This document shows positions 14,447 through 28,300 of a stretch of DNA of 64,000 nucleotides, one piece after another (within the stretch, counting starts at the first letter, position 1; the number at the start of each line of letters is the position of its first letter). The stretch comes from Callorhinchus milii (taxonomy: Eukaryota). A program made the translations under genes and the position numbers. Below the pieces are notes generated by a model. That model ran no database searches. It saw only the letters and a program-made list of their open reading frames with translations, and was not told the DNA's origin. The stretch lies in assembly GCF_018977255.1 (NCBI RefSeq), contig NW_024704742.1, positions 95,544,001-95,608,000 of the forward strand. The letters run 5' to 3'.

Positions 14447-14759
14447 ATAATAATAATAATCCTTGCATTTGATATAGCGCTTTTCACGTCGGGAGGACGT
14501 CCCAAAGCGCTTCACAGAACACACTAAAGTGAATTGACTGTATATTTGTGGGCGAACACGGCAGCCAATTGCGCACAGCAATGTCCCACAAACAGTCATA
14601 TGGATTGAAAATGACCAATTTATTATTGTTTTTTTTTTGGAGGGATTATTATTAGGAGTGTGGAGTAAGGAAACTTGCCCAAGGTTTCGCCCTCCCTGGA
14701 ATTGAACTCAGGTCTCTCGCTTGCAAAGCAAGTGCTCTAACCACTGAGCCACAGGACTC
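14447..14759 (-). mobile_element. tRNA-Ala-derived SINE (family B)
   Basis: Near-identical reverse complement of 27346-27663. Confidence 0.88.
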
Positions 14760-15402
14760 TAAACACAATTATACGCGAACACTATAGCACATAAACAGGT
14801 TATTCAGCCAAACTAGATACTCTGCATGAGCCTCCTAATCCTCTCTCCCATTCCCCTCCATTCTCTTCACCTTCATGGATTTTCTGACTCCACACAACTG
14901 TTTGTGGGACGCCGCCGTGTGCAAGTGGCAGCCAATTTCACAGCCTCGTAACTTCACAGTGGAGACACGAGGGCTGGCCTCAGTCTCCTTGAGGAGGGGA
15001 AAAAATCCTGGTGTTTTCTGCTCCTGATCACTGTCCCATGACTCCTGCTGGAAATTGTGTGTGTTTGTTAGCCTATAGAGTGAGCGTCTTAAGGGGCTGT
15101 GATACCTTTTACGGTTGTTGGTGCTCTGGAAACGAATGCTAGCTTTAGGACAGGAGAGCTGGTGGTCTAGAGACACCAAATAACACTGATGAATCCAATG
15201 CATGTGTGTGTGTGATTCACTCCCTTTTCCTCCTTCAATATCTGCGGCTCTCTGTCTACATGTATGGGGTTGTTTGACTTCCCAGTGACCTGCTCCCAGG
15301 GATGTCCCCATTCCAGCCACCTCCTTGATCAACAACCCAGGTTGGTGGCTCAAAGGTGTGCACAGAAAGGAGAGCAAATAAACCTCTCTCTGGCTCTCTC
15401 TA

Positions 15403-16002
15403 TACACACACACACACACACACACACACGTACTCTGCATATGACAAGTACAAGTGTAAACGATTGAAGCCAAACCATGGGGGCTGACGTCAGGCCAGTT
15501 CCCTCCCTCTTTGGTACCTGTAGGAATGAGAGGAACCCAGAGACACACACACACACACACACAGGGGAGCCCGGAGCAGTGGCAAAGCTGAGACACACAC
15601 AGACTGGGACCAGGGATAAGAGACAGTGACAGCTGATTCCTCTCAATACAAATGCCACTGCTGGGGGGGGGCACATCAACACAGGCTTCACTTGCACTCC
15701 CTCCACTGCATGTGCTGTGTGTGCATGTATGTGTGTGTGTGTTTGTGTTGGGGGGGAATTCCTTGCATTTGCTTATTGCAAATCTAATTTGGAAAACTGG
15801 AAATGGCCAAAAGGTGCATGAATGAGAGTCAGCGCAGGTGATCCCTGCTAGCAGGTTGGATCTGTAACCTCCAGGGGATATTGTTTGGCAGGAGTTCAAG
15901 GCTTGTGGTTTTTGCACAAAAAAAAGAAACTTTTTTTTGATTTTTGCTTCGAAAGGGAACTGTTTGTGGATCTCATCGTGTGCTTAAAAAAAAACACCCC
16001 CC

Positions 16003-16030
<28 letters not shown>
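15403..16030. repeat. Cluster of (CA)n/(TG)n microsatellites upstream of RASEF exon 1
   Basis: Tracts near 15403-15429, 15543-15563, 15716-15748 and 16003-16030. Confidence 0.9.
15485..15492. promoter_or_regulatory. Full CRE palindrome TGACGTCA about 600 bp upstream of the RASEF ATG
   Basis: Exact TGACGTCA between (CA)n tracts; function not shown. Confidence 0.35.
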
Positions 16031-16034
<4 letters not shown>

Positions 16035-16093
16035 TGTTTTTGTTTTTTTTTGGAAAAAAAAAGGCAATTTATTTTTGTCTCAGCAATTTCCGG

Positions 16094-16392
16094 ATGGAAG
16101 AAGGAGAGCTGAGACTCCGCTCCCTTTTCCACGCCTGTGATGTGAATCGTTCGGGTCAGATCGAGTACGATGAGTTTTTCACGGTGTGCAGAGAGCTGCA
16201 AGTGCAGGACTCGGAGATCGACAGCATCTTCCACAAGTTGGACGCCGACAGAGACGGATCCATCAACTTTCAGGAGTTCACTGAAGGCTTCGAGGAGGTT
16301 TCCGAGATGATCAACTTCCAGGCTCTGAAGGCTGAACACGACTGGGATGAATTCCTGCAAAGGCTGGGGGGGGAAGCCAGCTTCATCCCCAG
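16094..16392 (+). CDS. RASEF: RASEF coding exon 1 (two EF-hands)
   Basis: [28 protein letters not shown]...[14 protein letters not shown]...[17 protein letters not shown]; donor AG|gtatga, phase 2. Confidence 0.93.
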
Positions 16393-19300
16393 GTATGATC
16401 CCTCAGAGAGAACTGCATCTGTGAGCAGGGCAGAGCAGGCAGTGTACAAACCATAATAATATTAATCATCATCCTTGCATTTGATGTGGCACCTTTTCCT
16501 TAAAAAAGGACGCAAGATCTTACCTTGAGTGGACATCCGTGCGTAGAGTCGCGATATAATTATAATATCAAACACTAATAATCTGGTCCCGCGCCGCATC
16601 ACGTCTCCGAGACGTCTCGAAGCGCTTCGCAGAATACACTTTGCGGTGTGTTCTGCGAAGCGCTCTGGGACGTCCTCCCGACGTGAAAGGCGCTCTATCA
16701 AATGCAAGGATTATTATGTTGTGACGTGGATTGACTGCCTGTTTTGCGGGAGAAACGCCGCAGCCAGTTGCGCACAGCAGTGTCCCACCGGCAGTCGTTG
16801 ATTGAGGGATCAGTTTTTTTTGTGATAAGAAATGTGATATCTCCAATAATAATAATAAATAATAATAATTCCACATATGGGCACATAATAATATGGGTGT
16901 GTCGCCCAGAAGTTATACAGTCAATTTACTTTACAATATATTCAGTGAAGCATTTGAGATGCCGCGGTGATGTGATAAGACGCTATATCAAATACAAGGT
17001 TTATTATTATTATTAATGATAATTGTTGGATTTGATATAGCGCTGTATCACGTCGTTTGAGGCGTCTCAAAGCACTTCGCAGAATATATTGTGAAACGGA
17101 TTGACTGCTTATTTTGTGGGTGAAAAGCGGCAGTCAATTTCGCACAGTCGTGGATTGAATGAGTGACCAATTTTTTTGGGGGGTGGGCGGAGGATTTAAT
17201 CACCTGCTGTATATCTGTGAGCTGTTTTACGAGCATAAAGCTGGGGGTGGTTTGAGAGAGAAACTTGTTTCTTGGTTGGACATGCAAACAGTTAACTTGA
17301 AATGGTGCGGATAATGGGAGGGAGAGAGGGAGGGAGGGAATGACAGACTCAACTGAGGGGCTGGAGTTGAGCAGGGTGATCGTTTTACAGCAGAAATATT
17401 TAAAGCCTACAAGTCTATCATTCTGAGTTATACCCATATATAGGTTTATAGATGGAGGTTTTTTTCTCTACTTGTGCTTTACGTACTGGCCTATTATTAT
17501 ATAAATTTATACACCAAACCTGCACCTATATTCTCCACGATTCAATCAACAGCTTGCTTCGCTGGAGGGAGAGAGTGCACACTCTGTACCAGACTAACAG
17601 AAACTGTACATAATGTGGAACTTTTAGTTGCTTGATTTGGAGACTCGTAAGCACAGAGATTGTTTCCACTTGTGTTAGACACCTGACTGACCAAGAAAAA
17701 GCAGACAAACATAACAACGCTGTTAGAATTTCCATGGACCTGTTCAACTCTACTCTGGAAGTAGATTGAAGTATATGACTGAAGTACCATGAAGTGTATC
17801 TGGTTGTAGAAGGAGTCTTCATTTATATGGATCAATTTCTTATTAAGGAATCCTATCCATAAATACTGCAAATTAGAACTCATTATTAACTTTAACAACA
17901 GTAGAATAATATAACTGTCAATAATATTAACAATAATTTTCCTTGCATTTAATGTGGCCTTATAGCTTCATGAAAACTTCTCAATGGTTTTCACAGGATT
18001 TACTGTAGAGTTAGTGATGCGTGTTTGTAGGTAAACACAGTGATATTTGCACACAGCAATGTTCACAAACAGCCACTAAATAAATGACCAATTTTTATCT
18101 GGGAGTTGCTGGCCAGACAGCAAGGGAAATACCCTTCTCTTTTTAAATAGTGCTGAGAAATCTTAACATCCGATAGCAAATCTGATGGGAACTGGACAAT
18201 TCCTCTCTCTGGTGCTGGTCTTGCTGATGGTGATCAACAGTGATGGGTCCGCTCCAGGCGACAGCTCATATGCATGTTGTGAACTGCTAGGCATCGATTA
18301 GCCCCCTTTAGCCTTAATTCTTCAGGGAAAAGTTGAGTTAAGCCAGTTTTCCATGAAATGGCATATAACATAAGTGACATGGAGGATGGTACTACTGATA
18401 ATGCTGCCGTGCAACATTTGTCAATGAAATGAAAGGAAGACTGCCTACATTAGTAATACACACCAATGAATAGAAAATAAAATTATTTACAGTTTTGGCC
18501 ACTCTGACTTCAAAAGGACATTTTGTTACATTTCACTTAAATGATATCTTTAAAATATGTTTTGACTTAAAATCCTGCTGACTTTTGAATAAAGGTAATG
18601 CCCAAACTCTGCTGAGAAGCCTTGGGATCACCTCTTGGATTGCCACTTAGTGGAGAATATTTTCGAGAACCAAATGATTCTTTGTGTTCATTCAGAAGAC
18701 GCTGACTTAACTTGGTCTGATTTTGAGCAGTATTTCATGAATAAGTCCGACAAAGCTGTTTTTCAAATGGCAACGGAGCACCTTGACAATGGATGATCAA
18801 AGCTTCACTGAGGGTTTAAGATCAGAAATGGCCTCTTTTTGTATTAGTTTTCTGTTGTTTTTGCCCCCGCAGTATAAACAGGACATTTTTGCACAGTGAG
18901 ACACTCAGATTGTATTGCAGAACCACTTCTTGAGTATACTTATGAAGATACCTTTTAAGTTCTATGGTTCTAATATTTGAATCAGCCTGGCTCAGTTGAC
19001 AGCACTCTCACCTCTGTGTGGTTGTGGATTCAAGCCCAACATCGGGACTTTGAGCTCACAGTCTAGGCTGGTAGTCTAATACAGTGTTGGGGGAATGCTG
19101 CATTGTTGGAGGTGTTGACCTCCAGATGAAACGTGAAGCCGATGTCCCATTTATCGGTTCAGGTAGATATTAGTGATCTCGTGGCACCATTCAAAAAGAG
19201 AAGGGAATTTTTTCTCCCAGTGTCTTGGAACAACAAACTCCCAGCCAAAATGGGTCATTCACATCATAACTGTTTGTGGGACACTGCTGTGCACAAATTG

Positions 19301-22300
19301 ACTGCTGGGTTCACCTACAAAACACACAGTCAGTACACTTTAAAGTAAGTCCTGTGAAATCCTTTGAGATGTCCACCTGACCTGAAAGATGCTATACCAA
19401 ATGTAGGATTACTATTATTAATCTTTTCCTAAGTTTGCGACATTTCGACAACAACAACAACAATTTGGATTTATATAGCGCCCTCCACGCCGGACGGTGT
19501 CTCAGAGCGCTTTACAGTAACGGATCCCAGGGCCGAGCCAGGGGGAGGGGGAGGAAGGTGACCAAAGGCGCGGTCGAAAAGAAAGGTCTTCAGCAGAGAC
19601 CTGAAAATGGGAAGGGAGGGAGCGAGGCGAAGGGAGTGAGGAAGGCAGTTCCAGAGCCTCGGGGCATAGTGGTTGAAGGCACGAACACCAAAAGTGGAGT
19701 GGAGGACTCGGGAGACGAGGAGGAGGCCAGACCCGGAGGAACGAAGACAACAGGTACTGTTTTGAGGAGTGCAGGGACTTGAATACAAGGGTGAGGGATC
19801 TTGAAATTGATCCTCTCTGGGATAGTCAGCCAGTGCAGTCTGGCAAGGACTGGGGTGATCGGGGAGCGGAGTTTGCTGCGGGTGAGAATGTGGGCGGCAG
19901 AGTTTTGAATTATTTGGATTTTATGGATGGTAGTGGATGGGAGACGCGCGAGGAGGGAGTTAGATTAGTCCAGCCGAGAGGTGACAAAGGCATGGACCAG
20001 GGTTTCAGTGGCTTTTGGGGAGAGGTATTGGCGGGCGATTCGTCAGAGGTGGAAGAAAGCAGTGCTGGTGAGGGACCGGATGTGGGGGAGGAAGGATAAT
20101 TGGGTGTCAAACCGGGTTTGGAGAGTTTTAGGGGGAGGTCGAGTAGGTGGAGGAGGTGAGAGCCATGAGATTTTAGACGTTGACGAGAGCCAAAGAGTAT
20201 GGCTTCCGTCTTGTCAACATTCAGCTGAAGACATAAGGAATGCTATATCAAATACAATGCTTATCATTATTAACCTTTGGAAAGATGAATAATGCAGATA
20301 TAAGCTTAATTATGTAAGTGCTGATGGCAGAATAATAAGACATCTGTATGAATTTAGAAAGCCTCAAGCTGGGCCAGAGATCCCTAAAGCGAATAATAAT
20401 AATAATATTAATATTTGCATTTGATATGTCACATCGTCAAGTTATCTTAATGCACTTCACAGGATATACTATAAAATTATATAACTGCATGTATTTTGTG
20501 GGCGAACACGACAACCAAAGTGCACACAGCAATGTCCCATCAACACAATTTTATTTGGGGGATTGTTGACCAGGGCACAGGGAGAAATTCTTTTCTCTTT
20601 TTGAGTAGTGCCCTGGGATCTTAGATTCATAGAATATTACAGCGCAGAAGGAGCCCATCATGCTTGTGCCAGCTCTTTGGAAGAGCTTCCCAATCAGTCC
20701 CACTCCCCTGCTCTTTCTCCATTTCCTTACAATTTTTTCCTTTTCAAATAACTATCCCTTTTGCAAGTTGTTATTGAAAGCTATTACTACCACCCTTTCA
20801 GGCAATGTATTCCAGACCGTAACAACGCTGTTTAACGTCAACCAGAACAGGCAGATATGACGGAGGTTTAATTTTGCATCCAAAAGACGCAATGGGAAGT
20901 GAATAGAAGATCAAGATGTTATATCTGATGTAGCTAATATTGGGGTCTGATTTGTGTATTTCATAATAAGGAATCTGAATGCAAATGTGGAACTCCTTCA
21001 GTATACAACGTTGTCTTATGGGAACTGTACTTTCAGCCACTATGCCCCGAAACTGTGGAACACTCTCCCTCAACCCCTGAGCCTTGCCCCCTTGCTCCCC
21101 TTTTTCAAGTCCTGAAAACGTTCCTCCTCCACCTCCGCCCAACACCCCACCCTGCTCAGAGTCAGGCTCTACTATTGCTAAGTGCTCTGAGATGCTACCT
21201 TGCTTGGAGGGCGCTATGTAGGTTCAAGTTGTTGTTGTTGTTGTACTCTGACTCACTATCTCCAATGTGGCATTTCTCGGGCCAACTGGAATTCTTCCTT
21301 TATTAAGGAATTCCTTTAAGACAATACAGCCCCCAGTGTATCAATAACCTCCTTTAAAAAGGAACTGGACAAACACCTTTATAGGAGGTAGTGGTGCAGT
21401 ACTGTACAACAAGAGTTATGTGAGTATCATCAAGGAAACAAAGAATTGAAACATGTAGATTGTGTCATTAGATTGATGCCCTTCAATGGTTAGAGGTTTC
21501 CTCATTGTTTCTATAAGTTTGGAAATGACTATTGCCTCCCCTGCTTTATTAGGGTATTTTGAGTCTGGCAGTGCAAATTGTTCCTAGTCAGGTAGAAAGA
21601 GTGAGTTACATGTGCCAAATTGTTTTTCTTGTTCTGAACTTTATGTACTCCATGCCTATGTGACATTTGTGTGTGGCTTGATTTTGGTACATGGAGCAGT
21701 TTATCAGAAAATAGTTCCATCTGAAGCAAAGAAACTTTAGAAAACTCATGTGTTGGAATAGATTTTCTTTTTGTCAGTAAATTTACCATCATTAACTGGT
21801 GATAGGTTTTTCCATGAGGTAAAATTACTGACTAGTGGAAAATCCATTGCAATGTTTTATTGAAATTGGGCTTACGTTTTGTAAATATCTTAAGAAACTT
21901 ACGCTAATAATCACACACTACATCAGGATTTAGTGTAAAGTATGATGTTCACACCATGATCCCAAAACAATTCAGAAACATTGAATGGGATGGGCCTGTA
22001 GTAAATCCGAATTGACACGTTCCTGGAAAGAAATCCTGTCGGACCAGCACTCCCGCAGGTCGGCCTGATGCACTTTCGATATTTGTGAATCCTTTTCAAA
22101 TCCTGTTGAGAAAACTATATTTTAGACCTAAATGTGTGATCCTTTTTCAAACTCGTCATTTCACTTGAGGCTTGAAGAGCCCATGACTGCCTGGGATATG
22201 TGTTGTTGACTCACGACTCACCTCTGGAGGAACTCAGAGATCAGATTAATTCACTTGGTTCTATTGTTAATAAATTACTTTTGTTCGGTTGTAGACAGAC

Positions 22301-25300
22301 TTAAGAATGAATAATAAAAATATCTACCTCTGAAATAACTGCTGATGTTACTTACCTCTGAGATTGAGATGATTTCAGAACATCCATTCAATTGGGTGTC
22401 ATATTTACCAGTAGTAAGCGCTGACCAAAAGAGTTGATCCAGAATCATTGTCACAAGTGGTCAAAATATAGTATTATATAGTATTGTTCATGCACCTTTT
22501 TCAATGGTGTGGACTCCCAAGTTGATACCCATATGCAACAAGATCAGAAATACTACAGGGAGCAGGCCGTAGATTTATCATTTGAAATGACTGGAACGGA
22601 CACATAGGTCTTAAAACAGTTAACCTTGATAACTGGAATTCCCCCAAACAAGAACATAAAGCAGGGATTAGCAGAATGAGTATGTACAAGATGTACAAGA
22701 TTAAGTTTTCAAAAGTTGAAGGATTTTTTTATGATTGCTGTTTAGTTTTGAAGCCCAAAGAGCACTTGGAACAGTGAGGTGAAGCTGTAGTTTTATGTTT
22801 GTTGCCATAAAGTATAGCTGTAGTACCTAAAAGGATAACTCTTTGTGGCTGATTTTTTTAATTGTGTTCCTTTCTGTTTAGGGAGCAATGAGGAACTATC
22901 CTATTCATTGCTGCAAGGTGAATTCCGATCACCTTACCTATTTCATTTCTCAGCTAGTGTTCCACCATGCCTTACTGAAACAATACCTATTCTGTGTTTT
23001 AATACAATATAGGGCTCTGTGGAGTAAATGCACCAGCATGAACAAATTGGGTCAAATGGCCTTTTATTGGCACTGTGGAGTCTATATAATTTATGCAATC
23101 CTATGTATTTAAAACAATTGTAATTTTGACCCCATTATTTTTAAATGGTATTTGTTGAATGTTCATGGTACAATATCCGTTTGTACCATGAATTGCCAAT
23201 TGTACAATGGCCAATATGTAAGTGCTGTACAACCATTGGTTAGTAACATCTGTTGCAGTTGTATATACCACTTAAATGGCAGATAGCAAAAAGTTAAGTG
23301 TACAAAATGAGCAGGGACAGTCACTGGGACAGTCACTGTGTAGTACAAGCAACTCTGTCTTTCATTGCCATTTTTCTTTGAAAATTTTCAATTGATCCCA
23401 TTTTTGTTTGCTAGTTCATGTTGCTTGCATTTACAAAATTTCACTTTGAATAGATTTACACCTATGCTGTCTTTAAGATTCTAAAGCGGCAAGACAATAT
23501 AGTTCATGACAGGCTGTTTCAACTTGTTCAGAATAGTAAATCGCACGGCCTGCGATTGAAGGGGGGTAAATTCAGAACAAATCTACTCAAACACTATTTC
23601 AGTGAGTGAATAGTGAACCCGTGGAATAGGCTCCAAAGGGAGATGGTTGAAGCAGGAAGTGTTGATTCTTTCAAACACAGATTAGATAGTTTTCTTTTAG
23701 GAAATAACATTATGGGATATAGTACGTAGGTAGTTCGGGACATATGTGCATGCGACCGCCAGGAACGTGGAAGGCAAACGTCCACCTTGGTCTTTTTTCA
23801 TCGCATTTCTTATGTTCTTATGTACGTGGACTACGGTACGAAACCATTCGGCCCACCCAACTGGTGTTCATACTCTGCATGAGTCTCTACCCTCTCCTTA
23901 CTCCCTCTCATGACCTTCTATTCCCTTATCCTTTATGTGTATATCTATTTTCCTCTTAAATGCATCTATATCATCTGCTTCAAACATTGCTTTGGGCAGT
24001 GAGGTCTATGTTCTCATGATTCTCTCACAAACTTCTAATAGGATTCCTCTTAAATGTCTGTTCTTTAGTGAAAAATGGCCTAGTCTATCCGGTGTATCCT
24101 GATAGCAGTAACCTGCCAGCCCTGATATCATCCCAGTAAATGTATGCTGTACTCTTTCCTTTGTGCAATATTCTTCTGGTAGTGTGGTGACCAGAATGAA
24201 AAGCGAGGGATGAATGTTTGTGGAATTTTCCTGCAGCTTCCTCTGCACAAGCTTCAGTCAGTTGGTTGTTTTTACAATCCTTTGCTAAGAAAATACACTG
24301 TATGGTATACAATGCTTGAGGAGAAGGCTGACCCCTTGTGTCCTCAGGGAGAATAACTCCTTCAAGCAACCACTTTCAGGAATGATGAGAATTGTTGTTC
24401 AGAAATCCGGATAAACTACAATTGTGAGATCTATAATGTCCACCTTTACAGGCAGCAATCGCCAGGTATTAATGTCTCAATCAAAGGAAGAACTATCTCT
24501 GGAATTATAGAGCGCTCCCAGTATAATATTAGAGCATTAGCCTAGACTGTGAGCATTCAGTACGCTTGGTGATAATGGCATGTGAAACACTTAGGGATTT
24601 TAATTTGATTAGATACCATAAAGATGCCATTTCTATTTTTATTATCTTCTAATAGAGAGTGAGCCTCATTGTTTGGAAAATGAATAAAAGTAGCAAGTTA
24701 TTTCATAATATACACCTTTTATAAAATATTCTGTTTTGTTCCTTTCATTGCAGTCAATGTGTTTTAAGCAGTGATTTCCCTCCTCCCACCTTCACAGCCC
24801 AAGGGTGCACTGTAAAGACCAATTGTAAAGTCTCTAATAATACCATGGATGAGACCATCTAACTCATCATAGATTGCCCCAAGGGTCTTGGTTGATTGCT
24901 CTTGTTATTTTTCTGGTTTTTCCTCTTGTAAATAATAAGAATCTGGCTTTGGAGAGAGCAGAAAAAAACATTATAATTGCGCTGGGAAAGATAAGTGTTA
25001 AAAGAGCCATTTGTGCCTCCTTGTGTTCCAGCATATACTATATAAAGTGGTTTCATAATGCGCGTGGTGCTCTTTCTGTCTCGCTGCACTAAAATCTAAT
25101 GTCATCACAGGGTTATTCCCAGTACTTTTCCTTCTTACAACATCCCGTGTGCTCCATTGAACTTCTCTAGCAAGAGGCTGCCTGTGAATTCTGATGGGTG
25201 GAATAACCAGCATGAATTGCACTTATAATTTTAATGACACAAACTAATTGTGTGTGGCTTTAAGTTACGTGGCATTTATACTGCATGCTTAACTGTAATT

Positions 25301-28300
25301 GGTGCAGAGATTCACCACTAAATATGAAGTGAAAATGAAAATTTCACTGTACATGTTGCACTCCTGACACCTTGGAGGATATGGTTTCCCAAACACAGGT
25401 TAAACATGTGACAATTCTCCTTTCAAAGCCTGGAAATGTTAGGAGATTGTCTCTCTAATAACATTAACTATCTCTTTTAATATCATTTAATACTCTGGAT
25501 GAACCTCCTAATCTCCTCTCCTATGCCTCTCTAATTTCTTCTCCCTCATGTATGCATAATGTTTCCTCTTAAATACCTTGAACCTTTCTACTTTAACCAC
25601 AGCTTCAAGCAATGAGTTCTACATCCTCACTGGTTGATAACTATATGGACTTATCCTTGATAATATCCTAATGAATCTATGCTGTACTCTATTGAATACT
25701 ACAAGTTAGGTGTCAGCTTGGCGCAGTCGATAAGTCACTCGCCTGAGTCAGAAGGTTGTGCGTTAAAGCACCACATAGGGATTTTGGACTCGCAGTCTAG
25801 ACTGACACTCCAATGCAGTCCTAGGGTATGCTGCATTGCTGGAGGTGCCATCCTTTGAATGAGACGTTAAATCCGAGGTCTCAGCTGCTTATTCACTTGG
25901 ACGTTAAAGATCCCATAGGACTATTCGAAAAGAGAAGGGAGTTTCTCGTGACGTCCTGGCCAACAATCTCCCAGATAAAGTTAATTATTTCACTTCTTGC
26001 TGTTTGTGGAATATTGCTGTATGCAAACTGTCTGACTCTGCCTACAAAATATTGTCACTACACTTTACTGTACATCTTATGAAGCATTTAAGACATGCTC
26101 CTGCTGTGAAAGGTGCTATATCAAATGCAAGGAATATTATTATTATTGTTACATCTGCCCTGAGGTTGGCAAACATAACTGCACACATTACTCCAAATAT
26201 AGTCTAACCACAATGTTATGTAAATTTAACAATTGTTGTTGTAGTTGGATTTCCCTTATTTACTTTATCTGATAATATTTCAAATAATTTGATAAGGTTG
26301 GTCAAGCATCACCTTCCATTTATTAATCAAATGCTGGCTGCTTTTAATGAAACTCTTTTATTTCCGTTTAGACCTCAACAAGTTGCTGCCTTATATCAGA
26401 ATCTGCAGACAGAGCCCATCCTGATCCATAAGTATGAATGTGTCATCAAAGACTTTATTCGGGACATCATACTGCAGAATGCAGAGATGGAAAAACTAGC
26501 GTTTGCTGTGAAGAGGTAGGATTTCCAGAAAAATTGACATCAAAAAAACTGCACGTGATACATTCCAGAATTAGATGAACAACTGCAAGATGTGCCTGTT
26601 ACACATCGACTTTACAAAATAGTCCTTTTGTAAATGTCTTTTTATATAATTTATCCTTTCTGACAGAAAGCAAACCTTGTCCTGTCACGGGGAAGCTGTT
26701 GTTGGCAAACACACGACTCTCTCCACATTCGCACACATGGGACTGTAGTCACTGGGTTACTGTTTGGGCATAAGATGCCTCAAACTGACTCCAATGTCCT
26801 GTTTCAATTAACTGACCCGAAGAAAGGGACAAAATCTTGCTCATGTTAAGTGCAGTGATCCTGATCATGTGCAGAATACTGGTGGCAGCAGAAGTCTTCA
26901 ATGCCGCTACATTTAGTGATATGAGGCATCTTACCTCAGAACTGCAGCTCGGTGACCCCCTTCCCATGTGTGCACATGTGGAGAGAGTCGTGTGTGCACA
27001 TGTGGAGTGAGGTGTGTTTGCATGTGTGGAATAAGGCGTTTGGCAGAGATTAAGTTCCATCACATTCTACCTATTGGGTGTTTGCAGAGCGCAGGATGAA
27101 GCCTCACAGCAGCTGAGTGAGCTGGAGGAGGAGATCGACCAGAGGATAAAGACAGCGGTGCAGAACACTCAGAAGGAGGTGAGTCTTACCAACGTTTCAT
27201 CTCCTCCTTCTAAACACAGTCTTAATGTTTAAGTCTTTATTCTGAATGTTTAAGTCTTTAACTTTTACGCCCTTATTTTGAGAAATAGCCTGAGTTCTGA
27301 ACATGTAATCCTGACGTAATATTGAGTATTTTACAACTGTATAATGGAGTCCTGTAGCTCAGTGGTTAGAGCACTCGCTTTGCAAGCGAGACACCTGGGT
27401 TCAATTCCAGACAGGGCGAAACCTTGGGCAAGTTTCCTTACTCCATACGCCTAATAATAATCCTTCCAAAAACCCAAAACAATAATAAATTGGTCATTTT
27501 CAATCTACGACTGTTCGTGTGACACTGCTGTGCGCAATTGGCTGCCGCGTTCTCCCACGAATATACAGTCAATTTACTTTACAGTATATTCTGTGAAGCG
27601 CTTTGGGACGTCCTCCCGATGTGAAAAGCGCTATATCAAATGCAAGGATTATTATTATTATTATAATACGTGCAAATTGGCTGCTGCGTTCTCATACAAA
27701 ATACAATCTCTGCACTGCACAGTGAATCCTGTCAAGCGCTTTAAGACTCCCTTCTGATGTGATAGGCGCTATATCAAATGCAGGACTTTTTGCTTCTTTC
27801 CTTATTTAAAGACCATGTGACCGATGGGGGTTCATTCTCTGTCCGTCAGTAGATTTATTGACTTTGGAATTGTGTGAACACGTGCTCGGCCCACTTTAAG
27901 TGCATGACACCAAGGTTGGCAAATTTACTGGCAAGCAGAGAATAACTCAATGAATGAGTAAAATGTTGTTTCACACCTGTATTATATATATTTATTATAT
28001 TGGGGGCTTTCCTCAAGAGGAAGCTGGATTAAAACTTTCAACTTGTGGGTTTGTCTTTGCAAGCCCATGTTTATAATTTTAGTTCTTGATCCTACTTAAA
28101 GTTATTTTCTTTCTTCTTCATAACTTTCCTATCCATGAAAATAGAGTGGGGGGTGGTGGGGTTGGGGGGTGTGCTCTTTGGCAGCTTTGAGTTCTGCTCA
28201 GGAGTGGGTAAGTGTGCTCTGTGCTCTGTCTTTACCTGACTGTGTATCTGAGATTAATGGCCAGGCAGCCAGGAGAAGAGAGAGTTATTGGTTTACTCAG

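Noticed and set aside
14835..15917. 360-aa minus-strand ORF upstream of RASEF
   Set aside because: It runs through several (CA)n/(TG)n tracts (THTHT, VCVCV) and has no recognisable domain; most likely a chance ORF.
15896..16360. 154-aa minus-strand ORF
   Set aside because: It is the antisense shadow of RASEF exon 1.
27346..27415. tRNA-Ala(TGC)-like sequence (also at 37151, 14690-14759, 12480-12549 and 6470-6540)
   Set aside because: There is no complete acceptor stem and each copy continues into a SINE body; these are SINE heads, not tRNA genes.
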